A DNA stretch of 38,258 bases from a virus. Lineage: Duplodnaviria; Caudoviricetes. The DNA lies in IMG/VR virus record IMGVR_UViG_3300030376_006133, positions 1 to 38,258 of that record, one strand, 5' to 3'. This document shows positions 20,001-27,810 of the stretch, in pieces (position 1 is the first letter of the stretch; every line of letters begins with the position of its first letter). The position numbers and the translations under genes were made by a program. The notes beneath the pieces were generated by a model. The model saw nothing but the letters and a program-made list of their open reading frames with translations. It was not told the origin of the DNA and ran no database searches.

Positions 20001-21601
20001 ACGATGGGGATTTTACAACTCCACGTGGGGCTAAATCACATTTTGATTTAGATAAAGCTATAAGTTTTGCTGTACATGAAACTATAGATGATTATTATAT
20101 AAAAGAAGGGTTAAAAGATGTAGGTATGATTTTAAATATGGCTATTAAGTTAGGTGACACTAAAACAAGAGACATATTAAAATTGTTTGAAAATACTGTA
20201 AAACAAAAAGTAGAGAACAATTATAATTATGTTAGAGACAACTCAACAATAGAAAGGTCAATTGCTACACTTGCAAATAATTTAAGTTTAAGTTTACTAG
20301 CAAACGTTAGAAGATTAGTTGAAATAGGTGCAAACACAATTTTATTATTTGGTTCACAGGTAACAAATATGTCATTTACTAAAAGCGGTATAAATAGTAT
20401 GAGAGCGTCTTATGATATTGCCTATGAAGTATCTAAGGTTTTTGGTTCTGCTTTTAGAGAAAGATTTGTACGTGGTGGTTTGTCGTATTATGATTTAGAA
20501 AGAATAGGTCAATCTCCATTAGAAAAAACTATACGAGACAAATTTGCAGGCAGTGAGTTTTTAGCGCAAGGAATATTTGAGGCTAACAAAGTAACGAGCA
20601 ATGTGGTTGGATACGCTCAAGGATTAGTAAGATTACCAGATGTGTATTTGACACAGCTAGTTTGGGGTAAAGTATTTGAAAATGAATACAAAAACTTAAC
20701 AAATCAAGATTTTGATTTAAATAATTTAAAAGACAAAACTTGGATGCTGAACAATAGAGATAAAGTACTAGAAGCTATAAACAATGCAGACATAAACATA
20801 AGTAGAGTAATGCCAGCTGTAAAATTTGACCAAGATATACCTACAGGAAATAGAAAAGGTTTAAGCGCAACTATATTTAATTTATTTTCTACATTTAGAA
20901 AAACATTATCAAACACTTTTGTTAATTCTTGGAATAGCTTACTTGGACTAAAAGGCGGTGATTTGACTAAAAAAGAAGCAACCGCTATATTAACAGCAGG
21001 TGCAGGTTCTATTATGTTTTATAGCGTAGTTTCAGCGCAAGTTATGTCTGTTGTCGGTAGTTTATTTATGCAATGGATGGGCGCAGACGACGATGATGAA
21101 AAAAGAAAAGAAAAAGAAAGGGTTGCGTGGACTAATGGGTTAGTTGAAATAATACTATTTAATACAGCTATAGGTAAGTGGAACTCATTTGGTTACGCTG
21201 CAGCTAGTAGTTACTTAAGAAACATGGGAAGACAGTATGTTACACAAGAACCAGAATCTGCTAAAGAGCTGTTTGGTATTGCAAACAAAACTTATTTAAC
21301 AAATATGACTTACGCTCCGTCTTACGCAAGTACTATACATCCTATATTTCAGTATCCTTTTTCTGTTGCAGATGCCATAAAGGCTTACGAAAAAGCGTCA
21401 GACGAAGATAAAGATGTAGCTTTTACAAATGCAGTTTTGACATTAGGTCAAGGTATGGGTGTACCGCATTCATCTGATTTAAAAATATTAGTAGGTAGTT
21501 ACCTTAAAAACAATGCAGGTGTAGCAAAAAATTATAATTACGGTCCATACAAAAGAGACGTTAAGAAAAATAACAATAAAAGAAAAGTAAATAAAAGATG
21601 A
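14042..21601 (+). CDS. Large polyvalent virion protein with zincin-like metallopeptidase and ADP-ribosyltransferase-like (ART-PolyVal) domains
   Basis: 2519 aa; LLHEVIH..EAVTE near 16505; FKKWFAGSKITDKDGNPLVLYHGS..GPGIYTT..GYDGI..VAFSPNQIKS at about 17050-17960. Confidence 0.75.
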   Translation: MIENKNFQKIYDVLKSQFDIGTLEQFKEKMNDANNRRRVYETLGTAYDVGTYEEFENKIGLQQEETNEAPYRRFESNDVVDTPLEKVEYYNPFEKEAYEFSKTINKNVFKTPTITQIKRLKDGNFLERTDNEGNLIRESHRMVADIDPVSKKPVVFPTLYPKVESPTNDPEDWISFDDNEEAIQYAKDNDELYFGLNTSTGDIPFKNLKEANEYATNGYKKLQTWKEHYDGLLNYMEKNPKITTEMRKATERGIIRRQKLNAVKEEALKNYKEGNFDNTIVKVGGLLKDAVVHDLFFNSIGSLAADIENFIGGTDNIYSFLDNVAETKEQKDLVKFYTEAYKRKGVIPDAEVEKLLKDGILNNITNGIDDVVNKGDFGTLTLGFNALGTQTLRAIPTAVAIMYTGGRVGSSRFLKGLSSSNRLRAGTLISATPYGYSHSVLDEYRQDKNVSGGDRLESFARGLIEGLTEIMGVTANKAFTKTITKKQRQDLVDAYLKPMRVNVGRAAGEEGLEEYIASIGNGLVDIVADGADPFKTLQKRHREGLDQFFVGVGAGTLISGGARLLSNRTDMFDNQDLMQELDFINDAINDETLSETSKNKLRERKKKITIDYIDRFSEKLVAFNSLEQKDIDKGLDKAEELKDLMVYTSELNEIKKRTGKKSFDKTIKTNNEKITQLRKEIDEITSKGAAAKVQKTIDEKTETPTVVNEQVEKEKEVAEISFDANTANEASEYVKETGFGNLLDGISNLLKATKELTAKDLPFKINFYNSNKNFASVSSKKVTEKTAAKIGGRYDETTNTAHINLEALRDLDPTQAKVTLLHEVIHPIVEEVIAANTTGLKTMAEFALKDKGIAEFVKGLKTKNQETLDKEAVTEYLARVASGDIQPTLTTIESFKQSVINALDSIGIKLPQSLDFQIDTEQDFKNFASRLGNTLKSGRVVRAGVRVPEGQEKKSGPESMRIATDGNIEFEDGGKKVENFFDEKRLDKTQEDDKLRDLTNSEDFKKWFAGSKITDKDGNPLVLYHGSTADWYKYDITKAGNTGLDYFGPGIYTTPDTRIANIFAGEREGETGGSVYPLYVSVKNPIIVESSNTPETKFTEEQIDSLITNSPNLEATIDNQVEFVNFIKDAIQQEFNEGARMSREQQAIKNDLLQNANNINDMYNDLQNTDKTDADYSSAMQSYTPDIISFYQNLSNATLETGLPEIDNIANNAVEFMKRIDFGFYRLPSKLEKDVDGSYTLKPSVSFGKKENTESIKRFHKALNDIGYDGILADEILKSDGTVKDFRVVVAFSPNQIKSIYNTGKFNLASDNILNRELAKPTEQKETKKEETPTIVTQPEEVDEMFRILTEKQTKAFYHRSLKYRKNAPVVPGSWASAFNIQRGLIEKYVRKTAAVKFGEFTEDIEILARYNLYKSSKKTAEDFHKAVMPLIENTVPSIEDLQIAKKLADELNKRFNSDNVFINEIGTYVSMLDSDLLKDIKTDEDIVALVEEIQMEELNEEEKKRITALTDNIIKRGNDLHKKNEEKQLDAKYELKAIKSFIVRQAEKIIKAKAKTEAALKKYVLSDKDIETIDRALAGSTMPVEDKAKVIGNLKTNRKLIGNVAKNQIRKSNNIQKINSLLKKSRKQILDYLLNRNSILGFNVTSNEINTIDDALPKNGFSKTHIQVLEDTFENHEIDKLLSTLESLADGYMSPATYSRILKKLANTVKAIDFVNSLSELKFLKDDLGRFIRDSKARREYREKPNLGWIREAVDKRAVKKELESVMSNSAFPVFGKIKNKAVIRLFNIIRLNQGTAEGYKKKINIQKTNLVKKIKFSTEFEGETYTIRDLNILGHMYMLHKQFLNNPNSSRVPELYQSLIKTRLEDNDEDSKQIMRVWNNFKKENANVLDVAKADKLFKKSNFADYIKFARKTFDDLQDKVAYLQKFRIRDKIQIFADYVPVLNTKQSGNDALAKSFNAIISSVFNPAAVTPAKTTISRQTYKNNDGDFTTPRGAKSHFDLDKAISFAVHETIDDYYIKEGLKDVGMILNMAIKLGDTKTRDILKLFENTVKQKVENNYNYVRDNSTIERSIATLANNLSLSLLANVRRLVEIGANTILLFGSQVTNMSFTKSGINSMRASYDIAYEVSKVFGSAFRERFVRGGLSYYDLERIGQSPLEKTIRDKFAGSEFLAQGIFEANKVTSNVVGYAQGLVRLPDVYLTQLVWGKVFENEYKNLTNQDFDLNNLKDKTWMLNNRDKVLEAINNADINISRVMPAVKFDQDIPTGNRKGLSATIFNLFSTFRKTLSNTFVNSWNSLLGLKGGDLTKKEATAILTAGAGSIMFYSVVSAQVMSVVGSLFMQWMGADDDDEKRKEKERVAWTNGLVEIILFNTAIGKWNSFGYAAASSYLRNMGRQYVTQEPESAKELFGIANKTYLTNMTYAPSYASTIHPIFQYPFSVADAIKAYEKASDEDKDVAFTNAVLTLGQGMGVPHSSDLKILVGSYLKNNAGVAKNYNYGPYKRDVKKNNNKRKVNKR

Positions 21602-22242
21602 CAATACTACAATCAATACAACTAGCATATAAATCAAAAGGATATAAATTTTTCTCTACAGGAGCGTACAACTTAAATGTTTTTGGAATTAGAAACAACT
21701 CAAATCAGGCTGGCAAGTTTGATGATAAAGTAGGTGTGGTATACGTTGATGATAGTAACAAGCCTCATGTACACATATGGAATGCAACAACAGACCCTGG
21801 TGTTCATTGGTTATCTAATCCTTTAAACAAAGATGGTACAGCTATTATGTTAAAAGGTCAGTACAGAGGAGCGTATAAACTAGGTATACACGGTAGAACG
21901 TGGGCTAGCGGTGGTTATGATGCCTTAGAACAAGTTAAGCCAATGAAATACATAAGAGACAACAATAAAGATGATAAATTAGATTTTGACTTAGCAGATA
22001 ATAAGGAAAACATAATAGAAGATATACTTAAAACAAACATACACAGAGCAAGCAAATGGAAACTTTTACAATATATAGGAAAGTATTCTGCAGGGTGTCA
22101 AGTCATCAGAAGCATAGAAGACTTTAATTTATTAATATCTTTATGTAGAAAACAGATATTAAGAGGACACGGTAATTCGTTTACATATACTTTGTTTGAT
22201 AGTTACGACGTGTTTAAAAATAACTGGAAAAATTTTATATAA
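21598..22242 (+). CDS. Putative endolysin (YkuD/L,D-transpeptidase-like His/Cys catalytic motif)
   Basis: LNVFGIR, TTDPG and NIHRA..SAGCQV motifs; directly upstream of holins. Confidence 0.7.
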   Translation: MTILQSIQLAYKSKGYKFFSTGAYNLNVFGIRNNSNQAGKFDDKVGVVYVDDSNKPHVHIWNATTDPGVHWLSNPLNKDGTAIMLKGQYRGAYKLGIHGRTWASGGYDALEQVKPMKYIRDNNKDDKLDFDLADNKENIIEDILKTNIHRASKWKLLQYIGKYSAGCQVIRSIEDFNLLISLCRKQILRGHGNSFTYTLFDSYDVFKNNWKNFI

Positions 22243-22649
22243 TGTCTAAAATATTAGGAAAGATATTTGGTAATGCCGCAGGCGGTATAGTAGAAAAATT
22301 AGGAAATGTTGCTGACAAATTTATTACTACAGGAGATGAGAAAAGAAAGTTTCAAAAGGAAATGGAAACTCTTTTTATTAACGCTGAGGCAGAAATGCAA
22401 AAAAACGTTACAGAACGTTGGAAAGCAGATTTAGAACACGGTAACTGGTTAACAAGAAGTGTTAGACCTTTAGTGTTAATATTCTTAATAGTAAGTACAG
22501 TTCTTCTTGTCTTTATAGACAGTGGCTCTATACAGTTTGAAGTAGCAGAAAAATGGGTAGATTTATTACAATTAACTCTTATAACTACCGTAGGGGCATT
22601 TTTTGGAGGTCGCTCATACGAAAAAGGTCAGCGTATAATAAAAAAATAA
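22242..22649 (+). CDS. Holin, GTA 3TM-holin-like
   Basis: RWKAD..WLTRSVRPLVLIFL..FFGGRSYEK motifs. Confidence 0.8.
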   Translation: MSKILGKIFGNAAGGIVEKLGNVADKFITTGDEKRKFQKEMETLFINAEAEMQKNVTERWKADLEHGNWLTRSVRPLVLIFLIVSTVLLVFIDSGSIQFEVAEKWVDLLQLTLITTVGAFFGGRSYEKGQRIIKK

Positions 22650-22671
22650 TGTATAAATAAATTAATTAATT

Positions 22672-22890
22672 ATGTGGAGTATTTTTAAAGATGAAAATGA
22701 TTATAACGAGAAAGCAATAGTAGGGTTCATATCGTTTACTGTTATGGTAGTATTTGCTATATTTGATTTAGCAACAGGCTTCTTTGGTAAAGACCTTGTT
22801 ATAAATGAAATTATATACAACTCATTTGTATGGGTTTCTCTAGGTAGCTTTGGTATTGCTGGTGTAGAAAAATTTGCTGCAAAAAAATGA
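22672..22890 (+). CDS. Small 2-TM protein (holin-like)
   Basis: Two hydrophobic helices; ends GSFGIAGVEKF. Confidence 0.6.
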   Translation: MWSIFKDENDYNEKAIVGFISFTVMVVFAIFDLATGFFGKDLVINEIIYNSFVWVSLGSFGIAGVEKFAAKK

Positions 22891-23060
22891 AAATTAAAGG
22901 AGTAGACGTAAAATCGTTGACCAAAAGGCAACAAAGCACTTTAAAAAAACATGCTAAGCATCATACTGTAAAACATATACGAAGTATGGTTATAGCAATG
23001 AGGGGTGGAGCTTCCTTTAAACAATCACATAATGTAGCCATGAGAAAAGTAGGAAAATAA
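22887..23060 (+). CDS. Small basic His-rich protein (57 aa, absent from ORF track)
   Basis: MKIKGVDVKSLTKRQQSTLKKHAKHHTVKHIRSMVIAMRGGASFKQSHNVAMRKVGK; ATGA and TAATG coupling to both neighbours. Confidence 0.7.
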   Translation: MKIKGVDVKSLTKRQQSTLKKHAKHHTVKHIRSMVIAMRGGASFKQSHNVAMRKVGK

Positions 23061-23314
23061 TGTTAAGTAAAAAACAATTAGAAATAGCAAGATTATCAGG
23101 TAACCCTAAAAAATTAGAGGCATCTGATTTTAGTAAATTAAGAAGCATGGGAAATAAAAAGAAAAAAAGCGTAGGTTACGGAAGTAACAGTCCAGCTATA
23201 GCAAAATATACAGCTATAACAGGTAAATCTGACAAGGTAAAAGGCGTCATGGGAACGAAACCTATACCAAAACTTAAATTTGGTAACAACAGTAAAAGAA
23301 TGCAGTATTATTGA
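23060..23314 (+). CDS. Small basic protein
   Basis: 84 aa, Lys-rich, translationally coupled. Confidence 0.6.
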   Translation: MLSKKQLEIARLSGNPKKLEASDFSKLRSMGNKKKKSVGYGSNSPAIAKYTAITGKSDKVKGVMGTKPIPKLKFGNNSKRMQYY

Positions 23315-23354
23315 GGGTAACACTCTAAAACGATATAGTTCTTTATATAATATT

Positions 23355-23362
23355 TAAATTTG
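23355..23362 (+). promoter_or_regulatory. Bacteroidota-type -7 element, probably giving a leaderless mRNA
   Basis: TAAATTTG ends only 4 nt before ATG 23367. Confidence 0.5.
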
Positions 23363-23366
23363 TAGA

Positions 23367-23813
23367 ATGGCAACACTAACCGTAACATTGACAGAAACAC
23401 TAACCCTTAACAACACAGAACAGGGTGGCACAACAACACAGTCTATATCAGGTGTAAACGACACACTAAAAAGAATTTTATCTGTTCCAACTACAGAAGT
23501 TAATTTATATGAAACACACGATACTAACGTAGCTGGAAATAAGTTCGATGACGACAACGTCAAGTATGTTAGAATATCTAATTTGGATTCTACAAATTTT
23601 GTTTCATTAAGAGTAAGCAACGCAAGCAATGATGAATTTGTTTACAAATTAGCAGCAGGAGAATCGTTGTTGTTGTATGGTCATAACGAAACAATGAATG
23701 CGTCTGAAGCAGCTGCTCTTACTATTGGAACTGGTGAGGCTAGCATTACAGATATTGGAGCGAAAGCAAACACTGCTGTTGTGGACGTTGAATTATTTAT
23801 AGCAAGCGCGTAA
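23367..23813 (+). CDS. Beta-rich putative virion protein
   Basis: Thr/Val-rich; VKYVRISNLDSTNFVSL; ends VELFIASA. Confidence 0.6.
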   Translation: MATLTVTLTETLTLNNTEQGGTTTQSISGVNDTLKRILSVPTTEVNLYETHDTNVAGNKFDDDNVKYVRISNLDSTNFVSLRVSNASNDEFVYKLAAGESLLLYGHNETMNASEAAALTIGTGEASITDIGAKANTAVVDVELFIASA

Positions 23814-23953
23814 TGAGAAAGTGTTGCTGTGACGAAAATGTGGGGGAGTGCGACTGTGCGTGTTTTTTAGACGAAGTAAACAGAAATAAATTCGTCGAAA
23901 AAGAGCCGTCTTGCAACTTAGGAGAAGAAGATTGTTTAAGTTGTGGCAGCTAA
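23813..23953 (+). CDS. Cys-rich 46-aa peptide with ribonucleotide-reductase-like C-terminal CxxC tail (absent from ORF track)
   Basis: MRKCCCDENVGECDCACFLDEVNRNKFVEKEPSCNLGEEDCLSCGS; TAATG coupling to the upstream gene. Confidence 0.7.
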   Translation: MRKCCCDENVGECDCACFLDEVNRNKFVEKEPSCNLGEEDCLSCGS

Positions 23954-24140
23954 AAGAAATTATAAAAGAGAGTACAGACTGTATCAATCGTCTACAAAGA
24001 TGAAAAAATACAGAGCTAAACTTAATAGATATAATAGAAGAAGAGGCACGTATGGTAATGGAGATGGATTAGACGCCTCACATAAAAATGGTAGAATTGT
24101 TGGTTTTGAAAACCAAAGTATAAACAGAAGTAGAAAATGA
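23943..24140 (+). CDS. Small basic protein, minimal HNH-like
   Basis: GTG start; RNYKREY..GDGLDASHKNG..NRSR. Confidence 0.55.
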   Translation: MAAKRNYKREYRLYQSSTKMKKYRAKLNRYNRRRGTYGNGDGLDASHKNGRIVGFENQSINRSRK

Positions 24141-24778
24141 GTTTATTAAATTTAAATAACGACCCGCCTAATGTAAGCGCTGCTAATATGGCGTTATCTG
24201 AAAAGTTTGCTAGTCAAGCAATACCTTCACGTGTTGTTCCTATGTTTGATAGAGACCAAGGAAAAATGGTTATGACAGAGTTTGATTTTGGTGGAAACTT
24301 TGAAAAAGCTAATGAATTTATGAAAAGAAGAATGAGGATTGGAGGTTCAGCTTTTCCTTTTAGCAGAGAAGGTAAAGCGGATGGCATGTTATTTAGTGAT
24401 TTTATGGGTTTACCACAAGGAAAACAAGACACAATGCTAAGAGGTGTAGTAGATAACGTTGTTAGTAGTTTAGGTAACTTAAGAAGTGAATATAGAATGG
24501 GAACAAGTGGTGTTGGTAAAACAAGAGAAGCTTCTGGTGGATTAAACATGTATAATAATATTGTTGATGAAATCGGAAAATTAGGAAATAAAGGAAAAAG
24601 ATTTGCTGGAGCAATAAGAGGTCAATCTGGTAAACTTTTTGGTAACAAAACTGATAATTTAATAGCTAAAATAAGAGAACAATTTGGTGACAAAGGTTTA
24701 CAAAAAGTTGTAAACAAAGTTCCAGATTTAAAAATGTATATTGATTTAGTAAGAGGAGCAAGAAAAGAAGATAATTAA
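24137..24778 (+). CDS. Hypothetical protein
   Basis: 213-aa ORF; last gene of the + strand block. Confidence 0.6.
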   Translation: MSLLNLNNDPPNVSAANMALSEKFASQAIPSRVVPMFDRDQGKMVMTEFDFGGNFEKANEFMKRRMRIGGSAFPFSREGKADGMLFSDFMGLPQGKQDTMLRGVVDNVVSSLGNLRSEYRMGTSGVGKTREASGGLNMYNNIVDEIGKLGNKGKRFAGAIRGQSGKLFGNKTDNLIAKIREQFGDKGLQKVVNKVPDLKMYIDLVRGARKEDN

Positions 24779-25116
24779 TATATTTTAACCATATAAGATT
24801 TTTTCTTCATTCTTTCGTCTGGCTGTATTATAATTGCCTTACAGTATTTAGGGCTATCGTCTTTAAACCACTTTAATTTTTTCACTAACACATCTTCTAA
24901 ATATTTTATCATTATAATAGTATTACTTACATCTAATCGACTGTTGTATTTCATTTGTATTTTGTATGTGTCTTGCTTTGGTTTTTTATATTGAAGTAAT
25001 TGTAAATAAAAAAAGTTGTGCCACTCGTCTCTTTGTTTTTTTCTTTTTGACCAATGTGCTTGTGAATATAAAGAGTTTAGGCTGACATGTTTGTCTTGCC
25101 AATAAATTTTAATCAT
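24775..25116 (-). CDS. RusA-like Holliday junction resolvase
   Basis: SLNSLY..RLDVSN..KYLEDVL..DDSPKY catalytic Asp/Asn/Lys pattern. Confidence 0.7.
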   Translation of the reverse strand: MIKIYWQDKHVSLNSLYSQAHWSKRKKQRDEWHNFFYLQLLQYKKPKQDTYKIQMKYNSRLDVSNTIIMIKYLEDVLVKKLKWFKDDSPKYCKAIIIQPDERMKKKSYMVKIY

Positions 25117-26426
25117 ATTTTCTTTTCTTCGTAGGTCATAGTATAATTACAATCTTTAAATATACCTTTACTAGGGTCGTAATCTAAAGATACATAATTA
25201 ATTTCCCCGTGTCTGTTTTTAGCTAAATGCACCTCACACAAATTAGTAATGTCATCGCCGCCTTCATTTTGATTTATACCATAGTATGAGGGTCTATACA
25301 AAAACAATACCTGGTCTGCATCTTGCTCTATAGCACCAGAATCTCTCAGGTCTGAGAGCTTAGGAACTGTAGAAGACCTACTCTCAACAACACGTGAGAG
25401 TTGTGAGAGCACGATAATAGGTATGTTTGCATCTTTAGCTGCCAGCTTCAGCTGCCTCGATATATTTGTTATTTGTTCGTATTTAGAGTTTCCAGATTTT
25501 TCTGTTATAAGTTGCAAGTAATCTATAATAACTAAATCTATATTTTTTAATCTTTTTAAAGTTAATATTTTGTTGTGTATAATAGACATACTTACTATAG
25601 GTTTATCGTCTACGTATATGTTTTGTGTAATGTCTCCCAAATTGTCAAGCACATTATTTTTTTCCTTATCTGACAAAGACATTGTGTTTACTTTTCTTTT
25701 TGAAATATCTAAGCTTGTTGAAATAATTCTTTTTGTTAGTTCTTCTCTTGACATTTCTAAACTCACAAACAAACAATTCTTTTTATGTCTTGCTCCATTG
25801 ATAGCTAAGTTTATTGCAAAATCTGTTTTACCCATACCTGGTCTTGCGGCTAATACAATCATACAACCTCTCATCCATCCTCTTGTGTAAAAGTCTAAAT
25901 TTGAATAACCTGTAGGCACGCCTTTGCTTTCCTCTTTCATGTCTATGTAATCAATAATGTCTTGTGATATATCTATCGTTTGTTCTTGGTTAGACATGTT
26001 TGTTTCAATGCTTTGTATTTGTTTTTTTACTTCGTCCATTATTTTAAATGGGTCATTTTCTTCCTCTGATATAGCTGTGTTTAAATAAAACATAGTCTTA
26101 GTAAGTTCGTTGTATGACCAAGATTGTATAAGGGCTAAAATAACCGAATCTATATTAGTTGTGTGGTCTGCTTTATTTGTTATCTCTAATAGTTCTACTG
26201 CGTTAACTTTTGTTTTTATTGCATTGAGTACACTAAAGTTGTCTATTGGTGTGTTTTTTTCTTTGAGTGCTTTTATCTTATCGTATATGTATTTATTTTT
26301 TTCCTCTGTAAAGTGTTGCGCCTCTACTCTAGATAAAATTATTTCCTGTTTGCTTTTGTCGTCTATTAGTACTCCTAATATTCTTTGCTCTACATCAAGT
26401 GTAGAGATGTCTCTGCCGTGTATCAT
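25113..26426 (-). CDS. dnaB: Replicative DNA helicase
   Basis: AARPGMGKT Walker A, SLEMS, IIDYLQL, LSQLSR, DLRDSGAIEQDAD, AKNRHG; start placed at Met18 of the track ORF. Confidence 0.95.
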   Translation of the reverse strand: MIHGRDISTLDVEQRILGVLIDDKSKQEIILSRVEAQHFTEEKNKYIYDKIKALKEKNTPIDNFSVLNAIKTKVNAVELLEITNKADHTTNIDSVILALIQSWSYNELTKTMFYLNTAISEEENDPFKIMDEVKKQIQSIETNMSNQEQTIDISQDIIDYIDMKEESKGVPTGYSNLDFYTRGWMRGCMIVLAARPGMGKTDFAINLAINGARHKKNCLFVSLEMSREELTKRIISTSLDISKRKVNTMSLSDKEKNNVLDNLGDITQNIYVDDKPIVSMSIIHNKILTLKRLKNIDLVIIDYLQLITEKSGNSKYEQITNISRQLKLAAKDANIPIIVLSQLSRVVESRSSTVPKLSDLRDSGAIEQDADQVLFLYRPSYYGINQNEGGDDITNLCEVHLAKNRHGEINYVSLDYDPSKGIFKDCNYTMTYEEKKI

Positions 26427-27024
26427 ATGTATTTGATTTTTGTTCTGTTTCAATTTCGTCATTCCACCGTTCTCCATTTATGTATGTAGACGGCATGGGT
26501 ATATATTTTTTTTCTACGTTTTTGTATCGTAACTCTAAATTATCATCAAGCATCTTTTGTAGTTCCTTTTTGTTTTTAGACAAACTTACAAATGCTTGTA
26601 ATGTTTTCTTTTTATTCTTCTTTACAGGATATGTTTTCCACCATTCTTCAAACAAAATATTATTTATACTTGTATTTATATTTGTATTGTTAAGTACGGT
26701 TTCAACTTTTCTTGAAGGGGGTTTCAAGTTTTCTTGAAGGGGGGTATCAGATTTTTCCATATAGGTAATCAATGTCCTTCTGCCCGCCTTAGTGTATTCT
26801 GCTTGTAAAAATCCTTTAGCAATTAAAGAGCTTATGACTTCACTAATTCTTGCTCTAGATAAACCAAAAAATTCAGCAAAATATTTATTAGTAGCAAAAC
26901 AACTACCGTTCTTATGTAAGCTATTTATTTCTACTAGCAATACCTTTTCTCTAAGTGTTAACTCTTTAGATAACCATATATCTTTTGGTATCCACACTCC
27001 TTTAAAATCTCTTTCTTTAGCCAT
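26395..27024 (-). CDS. Replication initiator/replisome organiser (lambda O-like, N-terminal HTH)
   Basis: FKGVWIPKDIW..CFATNKYFAEFFG HTH, FEEWWKTYP and PSTYINGERWNDE; directly upstream of dnaB. Confidence 0.85.
   Translation of the reverse strand: MAKERDFKGVWIPKDIWLSKELTLREKVLLVEINSLHKNGSCFATNKYFAEFFGLSRARISEVISSLIAKGFLQAEYTKAGRRTLITYMEKSDTPLQENLKPPSRKVETVLNNTNINTSINNILFEEWWKTYPVKKNKKKTLQAFVSLSKNKKELQKMLDDNLELRYKNVEKKYIPMPSTYINGERWNDEIETEQKSNTYDTRQRHLYT
26698..26763. repeat. Iteron-like 22-bp tandem repeats inside the initiator gene (putative origin)
   Basis: GGTTTCAACTTTTCTTGAAGGG and GGTTTCAAGTTTTCTTGAAGGG plus a degenerate third copy, next to an AT-rich tract at about 26655-26695. Confidence 0.7.
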
Positions 27025-27140
27025 CTTTTTTACAAAACTTACATCTTTTCTTTTCTAACACAGTTCTATTGTAGCAGACGTTACAAAACCTAACATCTAA
27101 AAACAAAGTAACTATGTATGCTATTATTCTATTCATATAC

Positions 27141-27196
27141 AAAAGGGGGCAGATTAAAGAAGAATTATATGAAAGAATCTACAATGCACCGCCCCC
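27141..27196 (-). terminator. GC-clamped hairpin with U tail and large loop (terminator or sRNA)
   Basis: GGGGGCGG..CUGCCCCC-UUUU downstream of the SSB-like gene. Confidence 0.55.
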
Positions 27197-27219
27197 ATGT
27201 TGTTATTAAACCAAACTAC

Positions 27220-27462
27220 CTAAAAAGGTAAATCGCCCTTTGCATCTGGAACAGTTGCAGGGGCAACTTCTTTTTGAGCTACCGCCTCTGATTTGTATGG
27301 CTCTGATATAGTGCCATTATAACCGTTGCCGTTTTTGTTTAGCCAAAGCGCTACGTCTTTGACCTTTTTCCCATCCACTTCTATAAAGCCTTTAAGTGCT
27401 GGGGCTTTGTCATTGTTTGAATCGTTTTTAAATACTGCGATTCTTGTTCCACTTTTTTCCAT
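27220..27462 (-). CDS. Small SSB-like protein (DUF736-like)
   Basis: KAPALKGFIEVDG..VALW beta fold; DLPF C-terminal tail. Confidence 0.65.
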   Translation of the reverse strand: MEKSGTRIAVFKNDSNNDKAPALKGFIEVDGKKVKDVALWLNKNGNGYNGTISEPYKSEAVAQKEVAPATVPDAKGDLPF

Positions 27463-27489
27463 ATAATATAATTAAAAAGTTAAAAAAAA

Positions 27490-27810
27490 TTAAAAATTAA
27501 TTCTGTGATTCCACTTCAAGTAATTCCTTACAAGTCTTACTTTCCGTATGAATTTCTTTTCGTTTGTATTTACACATACCGTTATTCTTTTCATAAGGTC
27601 GTCTAAATACTTTTCGCTTACTCCTAAATTAGTAAGTATTGTTTCTTTGTCGTAACCCATATCCAACGCCACAAAAGTCATAACCATTTCGGGCATTGTT
27701 TTTACACCCTCTACTATTTTGCTAGCCACCCAAGTCTTATCCTTGTCGGGATGTAGCACAAAGTTTTTTCTAATAGCCTGTTCTAATACTAACCAATTAT
27801 TTTTTTCCAT
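27490..27810 (-). CDS. Hypothetical protein
   Basis: 106-aa ORF within the operon. Confidence 0.6.
   Translation of the reverse strand: MEKNNWLVLEQAIRKNFVLHPDKDKTWVASKIVEGVKTMPEMVMTFVALDMGYDKETILTNLGVSEKYLDDLMKRITVCVNTNEKKFIRKVRLVRNYLKWNHRINF

Noticed and set aside
5270-20916. Many - strand ORFs opposite the structural genes
   Set aside because: Shadow ORFs rich in Ser/Leu/Phe/Ile, fully overlapping well-supported + strand genes.
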